Positions 45,421-58,799 of a stretch of DNA of 64,000 nucleotides are shown here, piece after piece; position 1 is the first letter of the stretch; every line of letters begins with the position of its first letter. Under the pieces are notes generated by a model. It was not told the DNA's origin. It did not search any database and saw only the letters and a program-made list of their open reading frames with translations. The DNA is from Raillietiella orientalis (taxonomy: Eukaryota). The translations under genes and the position numbers were made by a program. The stretch spans positions 248,001-312,000 of the forward strand of contig JAYWIR010000005.1 in NCBI GenBank assembly GCA_036172245.1, read 5' to 3'.

Positions 45421-46489
45421 TTTTCTTTTCATTGACTTGCGCATTACAGGAGGAGAAGTCACCGGAAACATGCAATCAATCGATGTCTTCACTGCGCTTC
45501 ACCGGATGATTCTGCAGTGATAAAAGAAGCCGAAGCTGAAAGTAAAGAATATGTTCAGTGTGTTCAGGAAGAGCAAATTACGAAAAGCAAAACTGAAAGA
45601 AGATCGGAAGGTTCTGTCGAAAGGCATCAGGGACATCGAGGGCTTGTGGACGAAAGGAAGACAAACCTCGAGGAACAGAGGCCAGCTGGCAGTTCACTAG
45701 TTGACCTCTGAGCGTTCTTTCCCTATTAGGGAGACTCTGTGGCTCTTCGTGTATCTCATACATGGATCTTCCTGCTTCGTTGAAGGCCCAAACAGGACCA
45801 CGGGACTTTTGTTTGCTCCCTGTAGATGCTCGTATAGGGTTGCGCGTGGTTCTCTTATAGACAGGAAGATGCCGCTCTCCCATTGGCGGTGTGGTTGCTT
45901 AGTGATGAAGCCGTTTGCTCATCCACCAGGTGGGATCGTGTATGTTTAGGTTCAATTTTTGACTTGCCACCTGCCCAGTTCCTGTCCATCATTGAGTGTC
46001 TGCTTCAAGCCTTTCTCTCACGACTGCAAGGTTCCTTTCTCCGACCCACTGGATGATTCCTCTTGCATCCCTTCTTAGCTGCGCTGACACGCGAGAAAAA
46101 CTCACAGGCTTCCGGATCACTTCACCCTTAGCTCTGTTGCAGTTGCGACAGCTTCCCCTTCTTCCTGTTCCGCCGTGCACTCACCACTGCGCCATCTGCC
46201 TCGGCACACGGGATCGTCCGTCACCGTCTCTCCTGGAGATCTTTGGTTGGCAACCGCTGCTACCTCGAGGCTCACCTCTAGACAGAGCAAACTGGACGGA
46301 AGGCCTTCCCTCAGAGACGCCAGTGGGACGACTGCCATTTCTCTTATTCCATCCAATCAGGTGGTCGCATTTGTTCCCTTCGGCTTGCCCAGCAAGTCGG
46401 TGGCAGCCGACCGGCAGATTTTCACCCGGTGAAGCGCCCCAGAGCCCCACCGGGTAAAAAAGGGAAAATGGAAATGCTTCTTTTCTGTC

Positions 46490-47245
46490 TTAGCTGTTTT
46501 CGCAGATCTTTGACGCTGTTCCACGCCACCCCATGGTTCGTGTCATTCTTCAAGAGGAGCACCCCGTGAGGGAACCACCCTATGAATCCAGGAAGGGCTC
46601 GGAGTCCGTTCCTCTCACGGCTGGGGAGGAATGGACTCTTGAGAAATGGAGATCACCTCCACCCTGGTTATCTCCGAAAGGAACCCCAAAGGGAATCTCC
46701 TCTTCCTTATTCTATCCGGAGAGACCCCGGGGGAGTCTGCTCCATTTTGCTTCTCCGAAGGGAGCCCGGAAGGGATCCGCTATCAGGAATTTCTCCTCCG
46801 GAGGGACTCATCGGGGTAGGAAACCGCTCCTGTTTCCTCCTCCTCTGAAGGGTACCCCGAAGGGAAGCTTCCGAAATTTCACTGGAGGGCGCTGCTTCCC
46901 CGAAGGGATCGGCTCGCTTCTCTGCACTCTCTGGAGAGGTGGCGGCGTCCTACCTGTTCCATCAGTACGACGCAGAGGGTCCCCCACACTAAGGGGTCCT
47001 CTCCTTCACAGCCGAAGGGACCTAGAAGGACCCGAAGGTCGACTCCTATTGTTCCGGCCGTCATCGGGGGCATCCGGTTTGAACCGCTACCAGTGCCGCA
47101 CTCGAATGAATGTGGACCAACCAGGGTCACCTCGCGGGAGGAACTCGAACCTACGACGCACTGCGTCGATTTCGGAATATTCGAACCTGCGACGCTTGGT
47201 GGTGCCGCGCGCGGAGACCTCAGCAGCCACACAGCTTCCGACGCG
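46490..47245 (-). repeat. Repeat family X copy with tRNA-like head
   Basis: Minus-strand head gtggctgctgaggtctccgcgcgcggc...ggttcgaat...ggttcgagttcc; body gaaattcctgatagcggatcccttccggg; 3' part cccttcctggattcataggg. Confidence 0.65.
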
Positions 47246-47399
47246 GGCAAAGAACTCAAGAAGAACAGACAGGCAAACTGGGAAAAACTGCCCCCGAAAT
47301 AACAAAAGCGTCATTAGGAAACAAAGGGTGAGGGTGCGCACCCGCATGCAGGTCGAGATCCCAGAAGTCCGTAACGGGAGGAGAGGAACAGGAAATGAA

Positions 47400-48560
47400 T
47401 AAATAAGTATGGAGGATGGGGACGAGGGATAATGTTCCGTTTCTTCTGGAGAAACAGGAAAATGCCCGAAACGAGTACGAGAGGGAAAATTAAAAAATAA
47501 CTAAAGGAGGGGTGAGGGCAAAGGTCACTGACGATGGCCGTTCCTTCTTTCTAAAACAAACGCTGGATGCCAAGCGACCTCCTTGACTTCTTCCAAGTGA
47601 GGCCACCCAGCAGCCGTCCTCATTTAGACGACTGCGATGCAGGGAGACCTTCCTTTCTTCGTCCCGAAGCTACAACAATTGGCGGGATGTGACCACTGCG
47701 CGGATTCGGCCTGTCGTGACTGCACCTCTCGCAAAGAATCGCTGCAGCAAGTGCTTAGCAGTGGCCCCAGTGTGCAAAAGGTGCTGAGGCCAGTCCCCGC
47801 CCAAGTTCCTGGAGGGCACTGCCGTCCAACAACAGATTCGAGGAACAATTCAGTCGCTCCGCTAATTTAAGTTTGGGACTGCAACCACCCAGGACCTGAG
47901 CTGATGGCACCGGAAACCCAGACGGAGAGACGGCAGGATGTACAGTTTCCACCTCAGGGGGAGCACCGAAGTGCCCATGCTCGAAGCGGAGACAGCAAGT
48001 TCTTCGAAGGGCCCGCCCGTCCGACAGCTCTTTCCACTGAAGTAACCCGTTCACTTGGCGACGCGGAGTGATGGCGCCGACCAGCCCATTCGGCTCCCGG
48101 CCACCCAGGAGTCCGGTTCTTCTTGAGATGGTGCAAGAGATCCCCAACTCCGCCGGTAGGCAATTGTCGCCGCCTGTCCTCAGGACAGACAGCGCTGCGG
48201 CAAGGGGTTTAGAGATTTGTCACCCGCATTTGCCGGGGGGCATCCATTGGAAAATAAAAGACCAAGGAAGTGTTTGTGTGGTCAACCACTTGGTTCCCAT
48301 GTCATGGAAACTTATCGGCCGCCGGTCGGGAGACCGGCGAGGTCCGTTTCCGCGGCAAAGGGAAAGGGAAAAACTCAAACAAAAAGAAACAAAAAGTACA
48401 AGGAGGGGAGATGGGGAGTGGGGAGATGTTCTCGGAGAATGGAGTGCAGGGAGGGGTCACTGCTCGCTGGGAGACGCCCTCTGTGTCCTGTTCAGGATCC
48501 CAACAAGTTGCGTCCTCACATTGCCCAGGTGGGGCCATCGGGATACGCTCTTCAAAAAGA
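47400..48560 (-). mobile_element. Degenerate L1/Tx1 3'-region fragments (at least two)
   Basis: zf-RVT-like region near 47700-47830; block aggacagacagcgctgcggcaagggg shared with about 49810; second 3'UTR-like piece with cccaggtggggccatc at about 48525. Confidence 0.45.
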
Positions 48561-48584
48561 GAAGTGTCCAATGGAAGTGCATTC

Positions 48585-48630
48585 TTTCTTTATATCCGAT
48601 CGACCCTTACTTTTTCAAATGCGTCCCGTA
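48585..48630. mobile_element. Solo mariner TIR remnant
   Basis: ttctttctttatatccgatcgacccttactttttcaaatgcgtcccgta closely matches the right TIR at about 42595-42642 and ends in TA. Confidence 0.75.
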
Positions 48631-48948
48631 CTACCTGGGGAAAAAGACTTCTTCCAGGAAGCGGGGCGTGGAGATCAGACGGGCAAACTTCGAATCCTGC
48701 AGAGCACCTCCCAGTAGAACATAGTGGAAGGAGCGCAGGGACCAAAGTGTTGCTGGGCTGCTTCCATTGGTCAAAGACTGGAACACAACCACCTCCTGCC
48801 TCCGGACATTCGAGTCCAGGGGGGTGGCGGGAGATCCACGATGGGTTGCCATGAGCGAGGCAGGTTGTCGGAGCGGGAAGCAGAATTTCCACATCCTGGA
48901 TCGGCAGCGCGGCAGCAACTGCTGCCCCCAGCCTTGCTTCGCTGCCGG

Positions 48949-49950
48949 CTGGTTTTTCCCCCGAGTCCGCCGGGGCGTTTATTTAAAAATAAAACAAACA
49001 TTTGCAATTTTTGTGGTTCAACCGGTGGTCCAACCACGTCCTTTCTGTAGATACCCTGCCGTGTTACTGATTCGCGGACCGGTGAGGATCACTAAGAGGG
49101 GAGGGGTAAACAAGAAAAAGAAACAAAATAAAAATAAAACAATTTTGGGGGGTTACGGGAAGGGATCGCAGCCGGCTGGGGGTGGTCCTCTGCATCCTTT
49201 GGAGGCTGTAGGCAAGGCCCTGCTTCATGTTATTATCCAGATGGGGTCATCTGGCCACCATTCGTAAAAAGCGGAGAGCGAAGTGGATGGCGTCCCTGGC
49301 GTTGGCTCCTCCGTTGGCGTCGCTCCACGCTGCCACGATCCCTCGGAGGCAGCAAAGTGCTGCAAGGGCTGCGGCTGGCTGTAGGGCGTCCTGAACAAGG
49401 AGGAATCTTATAACGTCTCTGAGGTCGCCGGGGGTTCCAAGGGTTGAAAGCGTTCCCAAAAGGGCCGGAGGGCAACACAGTCAACTCGAAGGTGAGGAAG
49501 GGATTCCCGTTCACCGCAACTTGCAAAGTATGGGTCCATTACTACCCATGAACAATGATGCTGGCGGGCGTTGCATGGGAGGGCCCAGTGCAGCAGCATC
49601 CATGCCAACTCCTTCCACTTCAAGGAGAGGGGGTAGGTGTCCATACGCGCCAGTGTGGGGGGGGGGGGGGTCACTGCAAATCTTCCGCCAAAAGTCCCAG
49701 TAGCTTACCCCAGCGCGAAAGTCCACGAAGCTACCGACTGGTCGCTCCTGCAGTGGTACAGAAGAACTTCCGCCCTGCAGGTTGGCAACTGTCGTCGCTT
49801 GCCCTTAGGGAAGACAGCGCTGCGGCAAGGGGTGTGACGGCCAAGCGGGCAGACTTCGTCGAGTCCTGCAGAACATCTCCAAGAGAAAGACTGTGGAGAG
49901 AGCGCACGGGACAGACTGCTTCCTGGCTGACTACAAATGTTCAGACCTCC
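48949..49950 (-). mobile_element. 5'-truncated L1/Tx1 LINE 3' end (zf-RVT plus shared terminus)
   Basis: ORF 49408-49674 reads LLHWALPCNARQHH...DPYFASCGERESLPHLRVDCVALRPFW. The terminus is aataaacgccccggcggactcgggggaaaaaccag. Confidence 0.8.
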
Positions 49951-50429
49951 TGTCCCCTGTCCCCAGGCATTCGAGTTCATCTTTCCTGCTGAAGATCTTT
50001 CCAAGAGCCCCAGCGGGAAGCCACACCCATGCATCTCCTGTGGCAACGATGAGGGTCCTTAGCTGCCGACGCAACGCCTAAGCTGGCCTCCTGTCACATT
50101 GCCACCAGGTCTTCCAGGCAGATGTGGGACCTTGCAGTGCCCCGTGGGGCTTCTCCTTGGAGAAACTGCAACCGGATCTTCACCGAGTAAAGGGCGGCAA
50201 ATAGAAAACAAGGGGTGGAGGAGGGAAGCAACTGACAGGGAAACAACGGAAGAGGGACCTAGTTCTTGTCACACTAGAAGGATGGTTGTGGATGTCCACG
50301 AGGAGTGACTGATGCAAAGGTGAGAGTGAAAAGTGGGATGGTGATCTTTCGGACTTCAAGGTGTGAAAGATGGGAACGGATTGTAGAAGAGACAGGTAAA
50401 GAGGAAAATGAAGAGGACCCCGTCTACTG

Positions 50430-50780
50430 CTCGGGACTGGAAGTTGACTCGCCGGAATCACGAAGCCTTTAGGGGTACCCTTCCGGCTGCGAAGAAACCA
50501 CTTTCCCCTTTGGGTGTGAGGGTGAGAACTCCCTCCATCTCGTACCATGGAACTGATTGATACCCCCCCTAAGGGGTGCCCTTTTCAAAGTGTCAGGAGC
50601 GAGCTGCTCCCTTCGGGGTTCCCTTCAGAAGAGGAGATCGTCACAGAGATGCTTCGGAACGAGGAGCGGTTCCCCTGCGGATTCCCTCAGGAGAAGAAAT
50701 TCCAGGAGCGGATCCTTTCAGGATTCCCTTCGGAGACAATCAGGGGTTAGAGAAGTGGACTCTTTCCCCCGGAGGCTTCC
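50430..50780 (+). repeat. Repeat family X body copy with 3 GFP(S/Q)E-encoding units
   Basis: ORF 50547-50750: MELIDTP...LLPSGFPSE...ERFPCGFPQEKKFQERILSGFPSE. Confidence 0.65.
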
Positions 50781-51099
50781 TGAATTCATCAGGTGGTCCC
50801 ACCGAGGTTTGCAGCCTAACTTGATGAGTCACACTCATCCTCGGGCTTCTCTGGCCCGTGGACAGCGTTAAAGAGTTCCGTGGGCCCTTATGCGAAGTTT
50901 TCTTCTGCTTAGTCACATGACTAGCGTGACGGATGGATCTTCTCCGAGTTCAGCGTCACAGAGATGCTTCGGCTGTGAGCGGGGACTTTCACGTAGGACT
51001 CATCGCTGAGCTGCGACGGAGACCTCCGACCCATTTGCTGCTTGCGTGCCAGCGGCAGCGTGTGAATACGTGTGAGTCGAGAGTTCCTCTTGACGCTGG

Positions 51100-53210
51100 T
51101 CAGTTGCAGGACGGTCGTTGTACGAATCAGTCTGGGTCTTGAGGCGCCGCTTGCCACACGGGATGCGTGGTCGTGCTTCGTTCGCCGGGGTGCGGACTTG
51201 TCGAAACCCGGGCGGAGTTCTCGACGGCGAACTCTCGACGTCACTTTGTCAGAGGTCACATCTCCCTTCCGCTCCACTCTGAACTGGTGCCATCCCGGAT
51301 GCTGGATGCAACGGGCAGCGAGTCCACGGTCTTGCGGCTTTCACTCGAACACTTGTGCGAAGCGCGCAGTACTTGGCAGCTGCTGCCTGAGGAGGTCCTT
51401 TCCCGAGCTCGAAGTCGAAGGTCGCCATGCCGCAAGGCAGGTTCCATCGCTGCCGTGACCGTCCTTTTCTTCCTGCTCCCGTTCCGTCGCAAGGAATCGC
51501 CTCGGTGCGCCAGAAGTTCGAGCCTGAAAGGATGACGCAGCGATTATCCGGGAACTTTGCATTGCTGTCCCTACCGCCACAAACCGAACAGCGGCCTCAA
51601 GGAAGACCCGTCAACCACCACCGAACTGGTCCCGAGAGGAGATCTGCCGATTCATCCCAAATCCGCAGGTTTCCGGAGAAAGAAGACTTTCTGTCCAGCA
51701 GGGGTGGGTGGGAAGGAAATGTGGAATGAGAAACAATCGAAAACAAGAAAAAAAAAAGCCGAGGGCAGCCAACGGATAGCCATCGACGTCGCATCATCCG
51801 GAGCATCGAAGTAGTTCATCACAAAGTGGCCAAAACCGGACCGGCAGAAAGAGCAGATCCGCAGAAAGAATCGCCACCCCCCGGTGGGCGAACGGGATAA
51901 GCTGGGCCGTCCGCCGAGGGAGCTACTAAAAGGGCGGGGGGAGCTGCAAGAACCCGGTGGACAGCAGCGCGTAGGTTCTTCCGCACCGGAGTTGGGTTCC
52001 TCGATTGTGGTTCGCAGGAGCTTCCGCGAACCGGAAGGAAGTCGGCGTCAGCAGGATTCTTGGAAGAGGAAACGCCCCCGCAGGAGATGCAGGGAGAGGA
52101 GAGATCGCTCGAGTCTTGCGATCGCCCACCCATCACCGTCCCCTAGCAAGGAGCAGCTGCCGAAGCTCCCACCACCTCCCGGTTCGGGAAGCACCCTGGA
52201 AAGAAATGCGGAATGCAGGGGCGAACGTAAAGGATAAACCGGAGGCGAGGAACGAGTGAAGAGCGTGGAAGGCGGAACGACTTCGCGGTCGCCTCCGCGT
52301 CCCTCCGTCAGTCCGTTTCCAGCGGCTGCGTTTCCATGGGGGTGAACGAAGCGTTCCAAATTGCACGAAGATTCGAGGAGCCAGGCAGTTAGGAGTTGGA
52401 GCTCCCGGCGACCCCAGGTCACGCGAGTCCGGACCGAACGGAAGGTTTTCACCCTCCGCGAAAGACGGTCGCTAGACGTCCGGCCGACGAGATCGCGATG
52501 TTTCAGGTAAGAGAAGAAAGTCGAGAAGGCGGAGAGATGCGTGCATCGCCGGCGGGGAGTCTTCCATCCCGGAAGAGGTCGATCCTTCGCAGGTGCGAGG
52601 AACCGGCAGCAGCGGCTTCGGGAAGAGGAAACGCTTCCCCGGAGTTCCCCTTCGAGAAGGGGGATCGCCAGCGTCATCCGTTGCTCCGGAAACGCGTGGT
52701 CGATGCGCTTTTGCGCGCCACCACGCCTGCCTACGTTGGCACGACGGTCTACGCGCCAGCAGGTTTACGGGTGTCCTTCTGGTAACGGGTGTTTGCCTAC
52801 CGCGTCGAGGATGACCAGACTCCCAAGGATGTTCGCGGACCGAATGGGACCGAAGAGGGAGACTTGGCCACGATCCCCGCACGGAAAGGAAAAGCAGCCC
52901 CCCCCCCCCTTTTTCCATCCAGGATCGGGACTGCTTGGGCGTCACTCTGCACGGGATGCTCGCCGCTTTCCAAGCGTTGCTCCTGTTCGAACTCCGCGGT
53001 ACCGCTTCCTCCGCAACGAAACGATCCCTTCCAGGAATGATCGCCCGATTCCCAACCCCATCCTCCCGGATGGGAACAGCTCTCGATCCCTGGAGCGGCA
53101 GGAGCCTCAAGCATCATCCATTCACACAGCACGCGTTGACGGGGCAGCCGTGCCAGACACGACCGTTGCAGAGCGCTACTTGCCAGGCGGAAAGCGGAGG
53201 TGCTGAAGGA
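51100..53210 (+). mobile_element. Degenerate L1/Tx1 ORF1 tail plus ORF2 apurinic endonuclease domain
   Basis: EIAMFQVRE (cf. DI..LQETH), GTTVYAPAG (cf. VYAP), PSRNDR (cf. SRIDR) and PFTQHALT (cf. PFSDH) occur in APE order. An eroded Cys/His region lies at about 51340-51510. Confidence 0.55.
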
Positions 53211-53279
53211 CCGCTTGTCTCCCTCCAGGCGGGGTCTCACGTTGCTCTTGAACGCTGCCCGCGCTACCGGAGGGTGCTT

Positions 53280-53740
53280 GCAGTAACTCTTCACTATAGG
53301 GCGCAACTCCGGGAATGGACCACTCCATGAATCCAGGAAGGGTTCCGGGGGAGGAAGGAGTCCGTACCTCCCTCCTACCCCGAAGGGAACCACCTCTTCC
53401 TCATTCTCCCCGGGGGACCCCTTTCAGAGAAGAGGGGCCGCTCCATTATCTTCTCTCCGAAGGGAAGCCGGAAAGGATTCGCTCCTAGAATTTATTCTCC
53501 AGAGGAAACCCCCGCAAGGGAATCGCTCCTCGTTTCCTCCTTCTCTGAAGAGGACCCCGAGGGGAGCAAGGGTGCTTGTTGACATTCTCGAGAGGCAATC
53601 CCCCGAACGGAGTGTCAACCAGTTCCATGACAACCCCCTTCTGAGTTCCCAACCGGAAGGGGAACCCAGAAGGGCTCTTTGATTCTTGGAAGGACCCCGG
53701 AAGGTAGATTTCCAATCCTGTCTAGTCGACGGAGGTCTCT
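53280..53740 (-). repeat. Repeat family X body copy
   Basis: Minus-strand translations MELVDTPFGGLP, NEERFPCG and GFPLENKF*ERILSGFPSE match the other copies. Confidence 0.65.
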
Positions 53741-54169
53741 GGAACACTTTCAGGACTCCCAGGATTCATCGTGCCCCTTTCGGAAAGAAAAAAAAACGGT
53801 GGTGGGAAGATCCTACAGCATCCGGAGGAAACAGCCAAAGACCTTCATCCTCATACCGATGTCAGCCTCCCATGCGAACGCTAACGCCCTCTCCCCTCCT
53901 TCTTTCGATGCTGGAAGCCACGTGCCGTGCGTACGAGGACCACAGTGCCGTCCACATCTTCTTGGAAGTGCGGCGGAAATCATGTCGTCGCTGTTCTTCT
54001 TCCACCTCTTCTCATTATTCTTGTCCCTCCTTATTTTTCCTCTTTCTCTTCTTATTCTAATTCTTTTTGTTTCTCCTCCACCTCCTGTTTCTCTTCTTGT
54101 TCTTATTGTTCCTCCTCCTCTTCCTCCTATTCTTGTTCCTCTTGTGCGGGATCCAGGAGACAGGCGAGG

Positions 54170-55190
54170 AACAGGTGCTACGTTTGCTGTACGTGCGCAA
54201 CAACAACAGCTCGCTCCGGGAGGTCCTGGAAGAACCCGCGAAGAGTGCGTGGGCAAGCAGAACCTCTCTCACCGGGCCACCAGGCTGCTCTCCCTTAGGG
54301 AGCATATGGGCAACAGCCTCACGGCTAGACGGAAGGTTACTGTGGAAATCTCCGGAAGGAGGAAAGGATTGGGCAGGTGGACGACGGGCCAGCTGACTGA
54401 CGCTGTGACCCCGAGTGCTCGACCGCATGGACTTTTGCGCTGGGGCGTGCTGCTGGGTATTCCGAAGGAAGACCTGCAGTGGCCCTGGTGCTCACGAACA
54501 TCCGCACCCTGTTTTTAAAGTGGCAGCAATCGGCGTTGATGCTGCTGCACTGGGGCCTCCCGTGCAACGCCCATCGGCATCATTGGACACGAGGGTGTGT
54601 CGATCCAAACTGTGCAAGGAGCAGGTAACAGGAATCCCTCCCGCTCCACCTAGTGGACTGTGTTGCTCTCCGGCCCATTTCGGGACGCTTTTCCGCGACA
54701 GTTGGAACGCCTGGCGGCAACCCCAGAGACATGTATTCAAGAGCCTCTTCCTGCTCGACGCCCTTACGCCGGCAGGCCGCATCCCTAGCAGCACTTTGCT
54801 GCCCATGCAGCGGGACCGTGGTTGCATGGAGCAACGCCAGAGGAAGCCAGAACGACAGGGACGCCATGTATTATGCGGTCCTCTTTTTGAGGACAACGTC
54901 AAGATGGCCCCATCTAGGAACAGTAAAACAGGAACTTGACGGCGTTCTTACAAGGATGTAGAGGACTCCCTCCAGCAGCGTGTGACCCCTTCCCGAACCT
55001 CCCAATTTTCTGCATAAATATTTTCTGTTTTCTTGTTCTTTTTCTTCGTCCCCCTCCCCCTCTACTGCCGAGGAGGACTTCGCTGGCCTGCGCGCCGGCT
55101 CTAGCAGGTCCCCATGGTTACATTTGTAACGTGGCAGGACCAAGCGTCCTGTCCTGACTTGTGTGTTTATTCTTTATAAATAAACGCTCC
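54170..55190 (+). mobile_element. 5'-truncated L1/Tx1 LINE 3' end, near-twin of 7338-8400 in opposite orientation
   Basis: Long near-identical translations (EECVGKQNL.HRAT.LLSL; MDFCAGACCWVFRRKTCSG.GAHEHPHPVFKVAAIG). Ends tttataaataaacgctcc. Confidence 0.8.
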
Positions 55191-56049
55191 AACACAAGTG
55201 GATGTCAATCCAAATCCCTCAAAGTCACGTTCGGGAAGGCTTCCAGCTCCGTCTCCAAGGAACCCCGCTGGCCGCGAAGTCCCGGAAGCCGGCAGGGTTT
55301 CGGTCGACGGGCCCTATCGGGCGCGCAGGTTTCGCAGTCTCCGCCGAAGTGCCCCACCGTCTTCCCTGTTCAACGATGGAAAGGCAGCTCCGTTTTTCAG
55401 CTTCCGATACTTTTCCAAGCGGTGATGGGTCTACAGCAGCAGGGAGTTCTTAGGGGATGCTGGGTGTCATGCAAGGTTCCTTCCTCGCAAGTTGGGGTCA
55501 CCTGCATTTGCTTTCTCAGGATTCCGGACAATGGCACGGTGGTCGTCCAAAGGAGTTGGCCGAATTCCACGACCGTCTACTCTGTTTTTAGAGTCTGGCC
55601 TGGCGATGGACGCCAACTGCCTTTATCCCGAAAACCACGTTTCTCGTTGGAAAAAAAAAAGGCTATCCAAATGGGATAGAAAGAAAGTCGAATCGCTGGA
55701 CGCTCGGGTTGCTTATGGAGATGGTTCTTTGCCTGCTATTGCACTGAGAGTTTCTCTATTTTTTTTTTGTTGGAAGGGCCACTCAGGGGTGCGCATGCAC
55801 CGGAAATTGAATCCTCTTCTGATGCCTTTGCACTCTTTCTCACCAAGAAGCTCCATCTTCAGCTCAAAATAAGAACCAATTTGTGGCTAGACCTGTTTGG
55901 GATATTCAGGATGGGGATTTCTCCAGGGGAACGAGATAAGCAAAACCCCAGTGCTGTGTCAACAGAGTCGGTCCTTCCGTCCAGAAGGCGCGCAAAAGTC
56001 GGCAGTCGTGGCAGGAAGCAGAGCTCTGGGTCGAAAGCTGCGTTCCCCC

Positions 56050-57720
56050 TCGGAAGTCTTTGCAACACCATGGAAGGTGTTTGCGGAAATGTTCCCTCAC
56101 GAAAAGGCTGTAATGAATTCAGTGTACGAGCCCACTCAGTGAGAAAGAGAAAAGTGCAACTGGTGCTCTCCATGCTGCGAAGTGTTGCTGGGGCTGCGGA
56201 AAAACAGGAAACCTTTCCATCGCCACGGGCGAGCAGGAACCAACCTGTCCAGTGGGCACTTTTGGAAAGACAGCCGCTCTGCAAATGAAAGCGCAGCGAG
56301 TGCTTCGAAGACGAAAGAAGAACTGGGAACGCAGGCGAAAAATACAGGAAATTTCTCCTGCCAAATGACGACTGAAGAGTGTTCGGGTTCCGTCCCCTCA
56401 CACATAGGGCCATGCTTGCTTGTCTTCGAGGAAGGCCCTACCCGGTCGACGGCGCCAGTAGACGTGTGCTTGTAAACAAGGCAAAACCACGGATGGCTGG
56501 TTAAATGGACTGTGGTTCCTTAGGTCGTACGATCCCTCTTGGATCACTGGCAATTCTCGAGAGAAGACTGCTTCCAACACCTGGTCCTCGCGGATGGAGG
56601 GCACTTATTAGAACAGGACCAACGGATTCCTTTCGCGGACCCAGAAAAAAAAGAAAAAGAAACGCCTTTCTCCAAAGAATGAAAAGCTCAAAGGCCTCCT
56701 GGACCGGAGACTTGTTGGAAAGAGGTTTCTTCAGTGTCACAAAACATGCCCAATGGTGAACAATTGGTTTGGAAATGGACTGCCGAAGGAGGTATCCTTC
56801 TACTATTCTGCACCAAATCGAACACAGAAAGACACACTTCGCTCTGCATGATGGACGCAACTGCAGAACTGTTCCCGCCGGGTTCCATCATTCCGTTCCT
56901 ATTCGTGCTCCTCTTGGATCGGGAAATTTTAAACGCATCCCCTCGTTTGCGCGTTGCTGACTGGGAAAAGTGCAGAGTCCACTTTACCAACACCTGCTTG
57001 AAGATTTGGTGCACTTTGCAGAAGAAAATGGATTTCAACGCAGCTTCCCCAAGCCGTAATGGCGGATCTGGCGTTGGTGCCATCGAGGCATCAAAAATTT
57101 CAAGGTGCCGCCTTCAAAATTCATTTTCTTCCATTTGCATTTGGCAGAAAATTCGGGTGGGCAGATCGGCCACGCGATGCAACGGAGACGAAACCTTCAG
57201 TTCGAAAATGCGCCCTTTGCCTGCTCTGGCATCTCTTCCAGCTCATGAAATCCCAGCAGCTCTCGGGGACCAACTGAAGCCCCACTTGTCTGAAGAAGCC
57301 AAGGAAGTTAAGGACTGGTTCCAGAAATTTACGTGGAGAAGCTACGTGCAGGGGAGGGCAAGAAGACACGCAACGGTGCTACTGTTCGATCACCGGTGCT
57401 GTTTCCTCCGGATTTGTGGTCCCTACAGGAGTGCACGAGCACTGGACTTCCGCACATCCACTAACGGAATAGCATGGCACAGGAGATGCGACAATTTTAA
57501 TAGGGATGCTCGTGTCGGGGCACACCGAATGAAGGAAGAATTCCAATTAGAACAGCGCCGCATAGAAAGTGGATGCGAACGCATTCTTCGAGGAGGGCCC
57601 TACCCTGGACGAAAAAAAAAGCAGCTATTCCTCGCGAAGAGAGACTCCAAAAAAAAGTTTATGTCGTGAGAGAGGGCCAGCTCTTACGATCCTGTGTCTC
57701 TACGTACCTTTGCCCATAAT
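56050..57720 (+). mobile_element. Degenerate Mutator-like (MULE) transposase
   Basis: ORF 56734-57669 has MMDAT (cf. MDGTF), CIWQKI...LPALASLP, WF...YVQG, RTSTNGIAWHRR (cf. RTNN..EAWHRR) and EEFQLEQ. An eroded FLYWCH-like segment lies near 56100-56210. Confidence 0.75.
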
Positions 57721-57779
57721 CCATCCCTGTTTTCCTTTCGAAGCTGGCAGCTACGATGGTACGAATAAAGAAGGGAGCT

Positions 57780-58480
57780 CTTCCTCCTTGCTCGTTGAGG
57801 TTGCATTACCAGGGACGCCACAGAGGGTTTCACTCGTCGGGACGCCCTGTAGGGTGCATCTCGGTGACGTCTTCTTCTCTGTCCAAGAGCTGCTCCTCTT
57901 CATGAGGTTGCTGCAGGTTTGGGAAGTCATCCGACGTGCCCATCCAAGAGATGCCGCGAGCGTAGCGGATGAACGATCATGAGATGTCTCATCTCATCAA
58001 CATGACATCGAGTTCACGGAGCGCTGTTTGTTTCGTTGCTGGCGTCCCAATTTCTCAATGGTCCAATGGTGACGGCCAGCACCTTTGCATCGACTCTTTC
58101 CTTGGATGTTGCTGCTTGGCAACATCGTGGTATTTGGGTGCTTTCTTGTTCGTGGCGATGCTGGGGGATCCTCCTCCATTCTCAAAGGGACGAGCTGCAT
58201 CCAGCACCACCATCCTGTTGCAGTGCCAGGTGTGGTCCCAGGGTTGAACCAAGACCGGGGACGCGCTGTCTCGTGGACACACCGGTTCCCATCTTGATGT
58301 TCCTACCGCTGCTGTTTTGATGTTCTCCACAATGTCGTCACGCCTGGCCGTGTACAAACGGGAGTGCCTCATGGGGCGATTCGACACGTGAAGCAGCACA
58401 GGTCGTCCCACAGGCCTCAGCGACGACGCGAACGGTCGGCTTCCGTCCTTCTGCAGCACCTCTCGGAAGGCACATCTGAC
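57780..58480 (-). mobile_element. Degenerate RTE/L2-like LINE C-terminal fragment
   Basis: Minus-strand GHVG..P....GRP-type remnant near 57840-57945 (cf. WLGHV.RM...R.RGRP). Frames are broken. Confidence 0.35.
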
Positions 58481-58799
58481 CTTTCAGCGTGGATGAATTC
58501 CGCGCTCTCCAATGCCAGATTTTTTTTTTTGTCTTTCCGATTGATGTTTCCATATCAACAAATAACTTTATATATGTGGAAAAAGAAATATGTACATCAA
58601 TCTGTATACAAATGTACACGTTATTGCATATATTCATTTTGTATAAGCTTCCGTATACGCATCAATAATCCAGTCAACAAATTACGAAGTATATCAGTAA
58701 TATGTACCTAAACAAATGCTAATAATACATCCGTTGCGACAGCAGTACTGATAATGATGCACACGTTAATTCCTTAATTAATTTGAAGAATTCTGCGTA

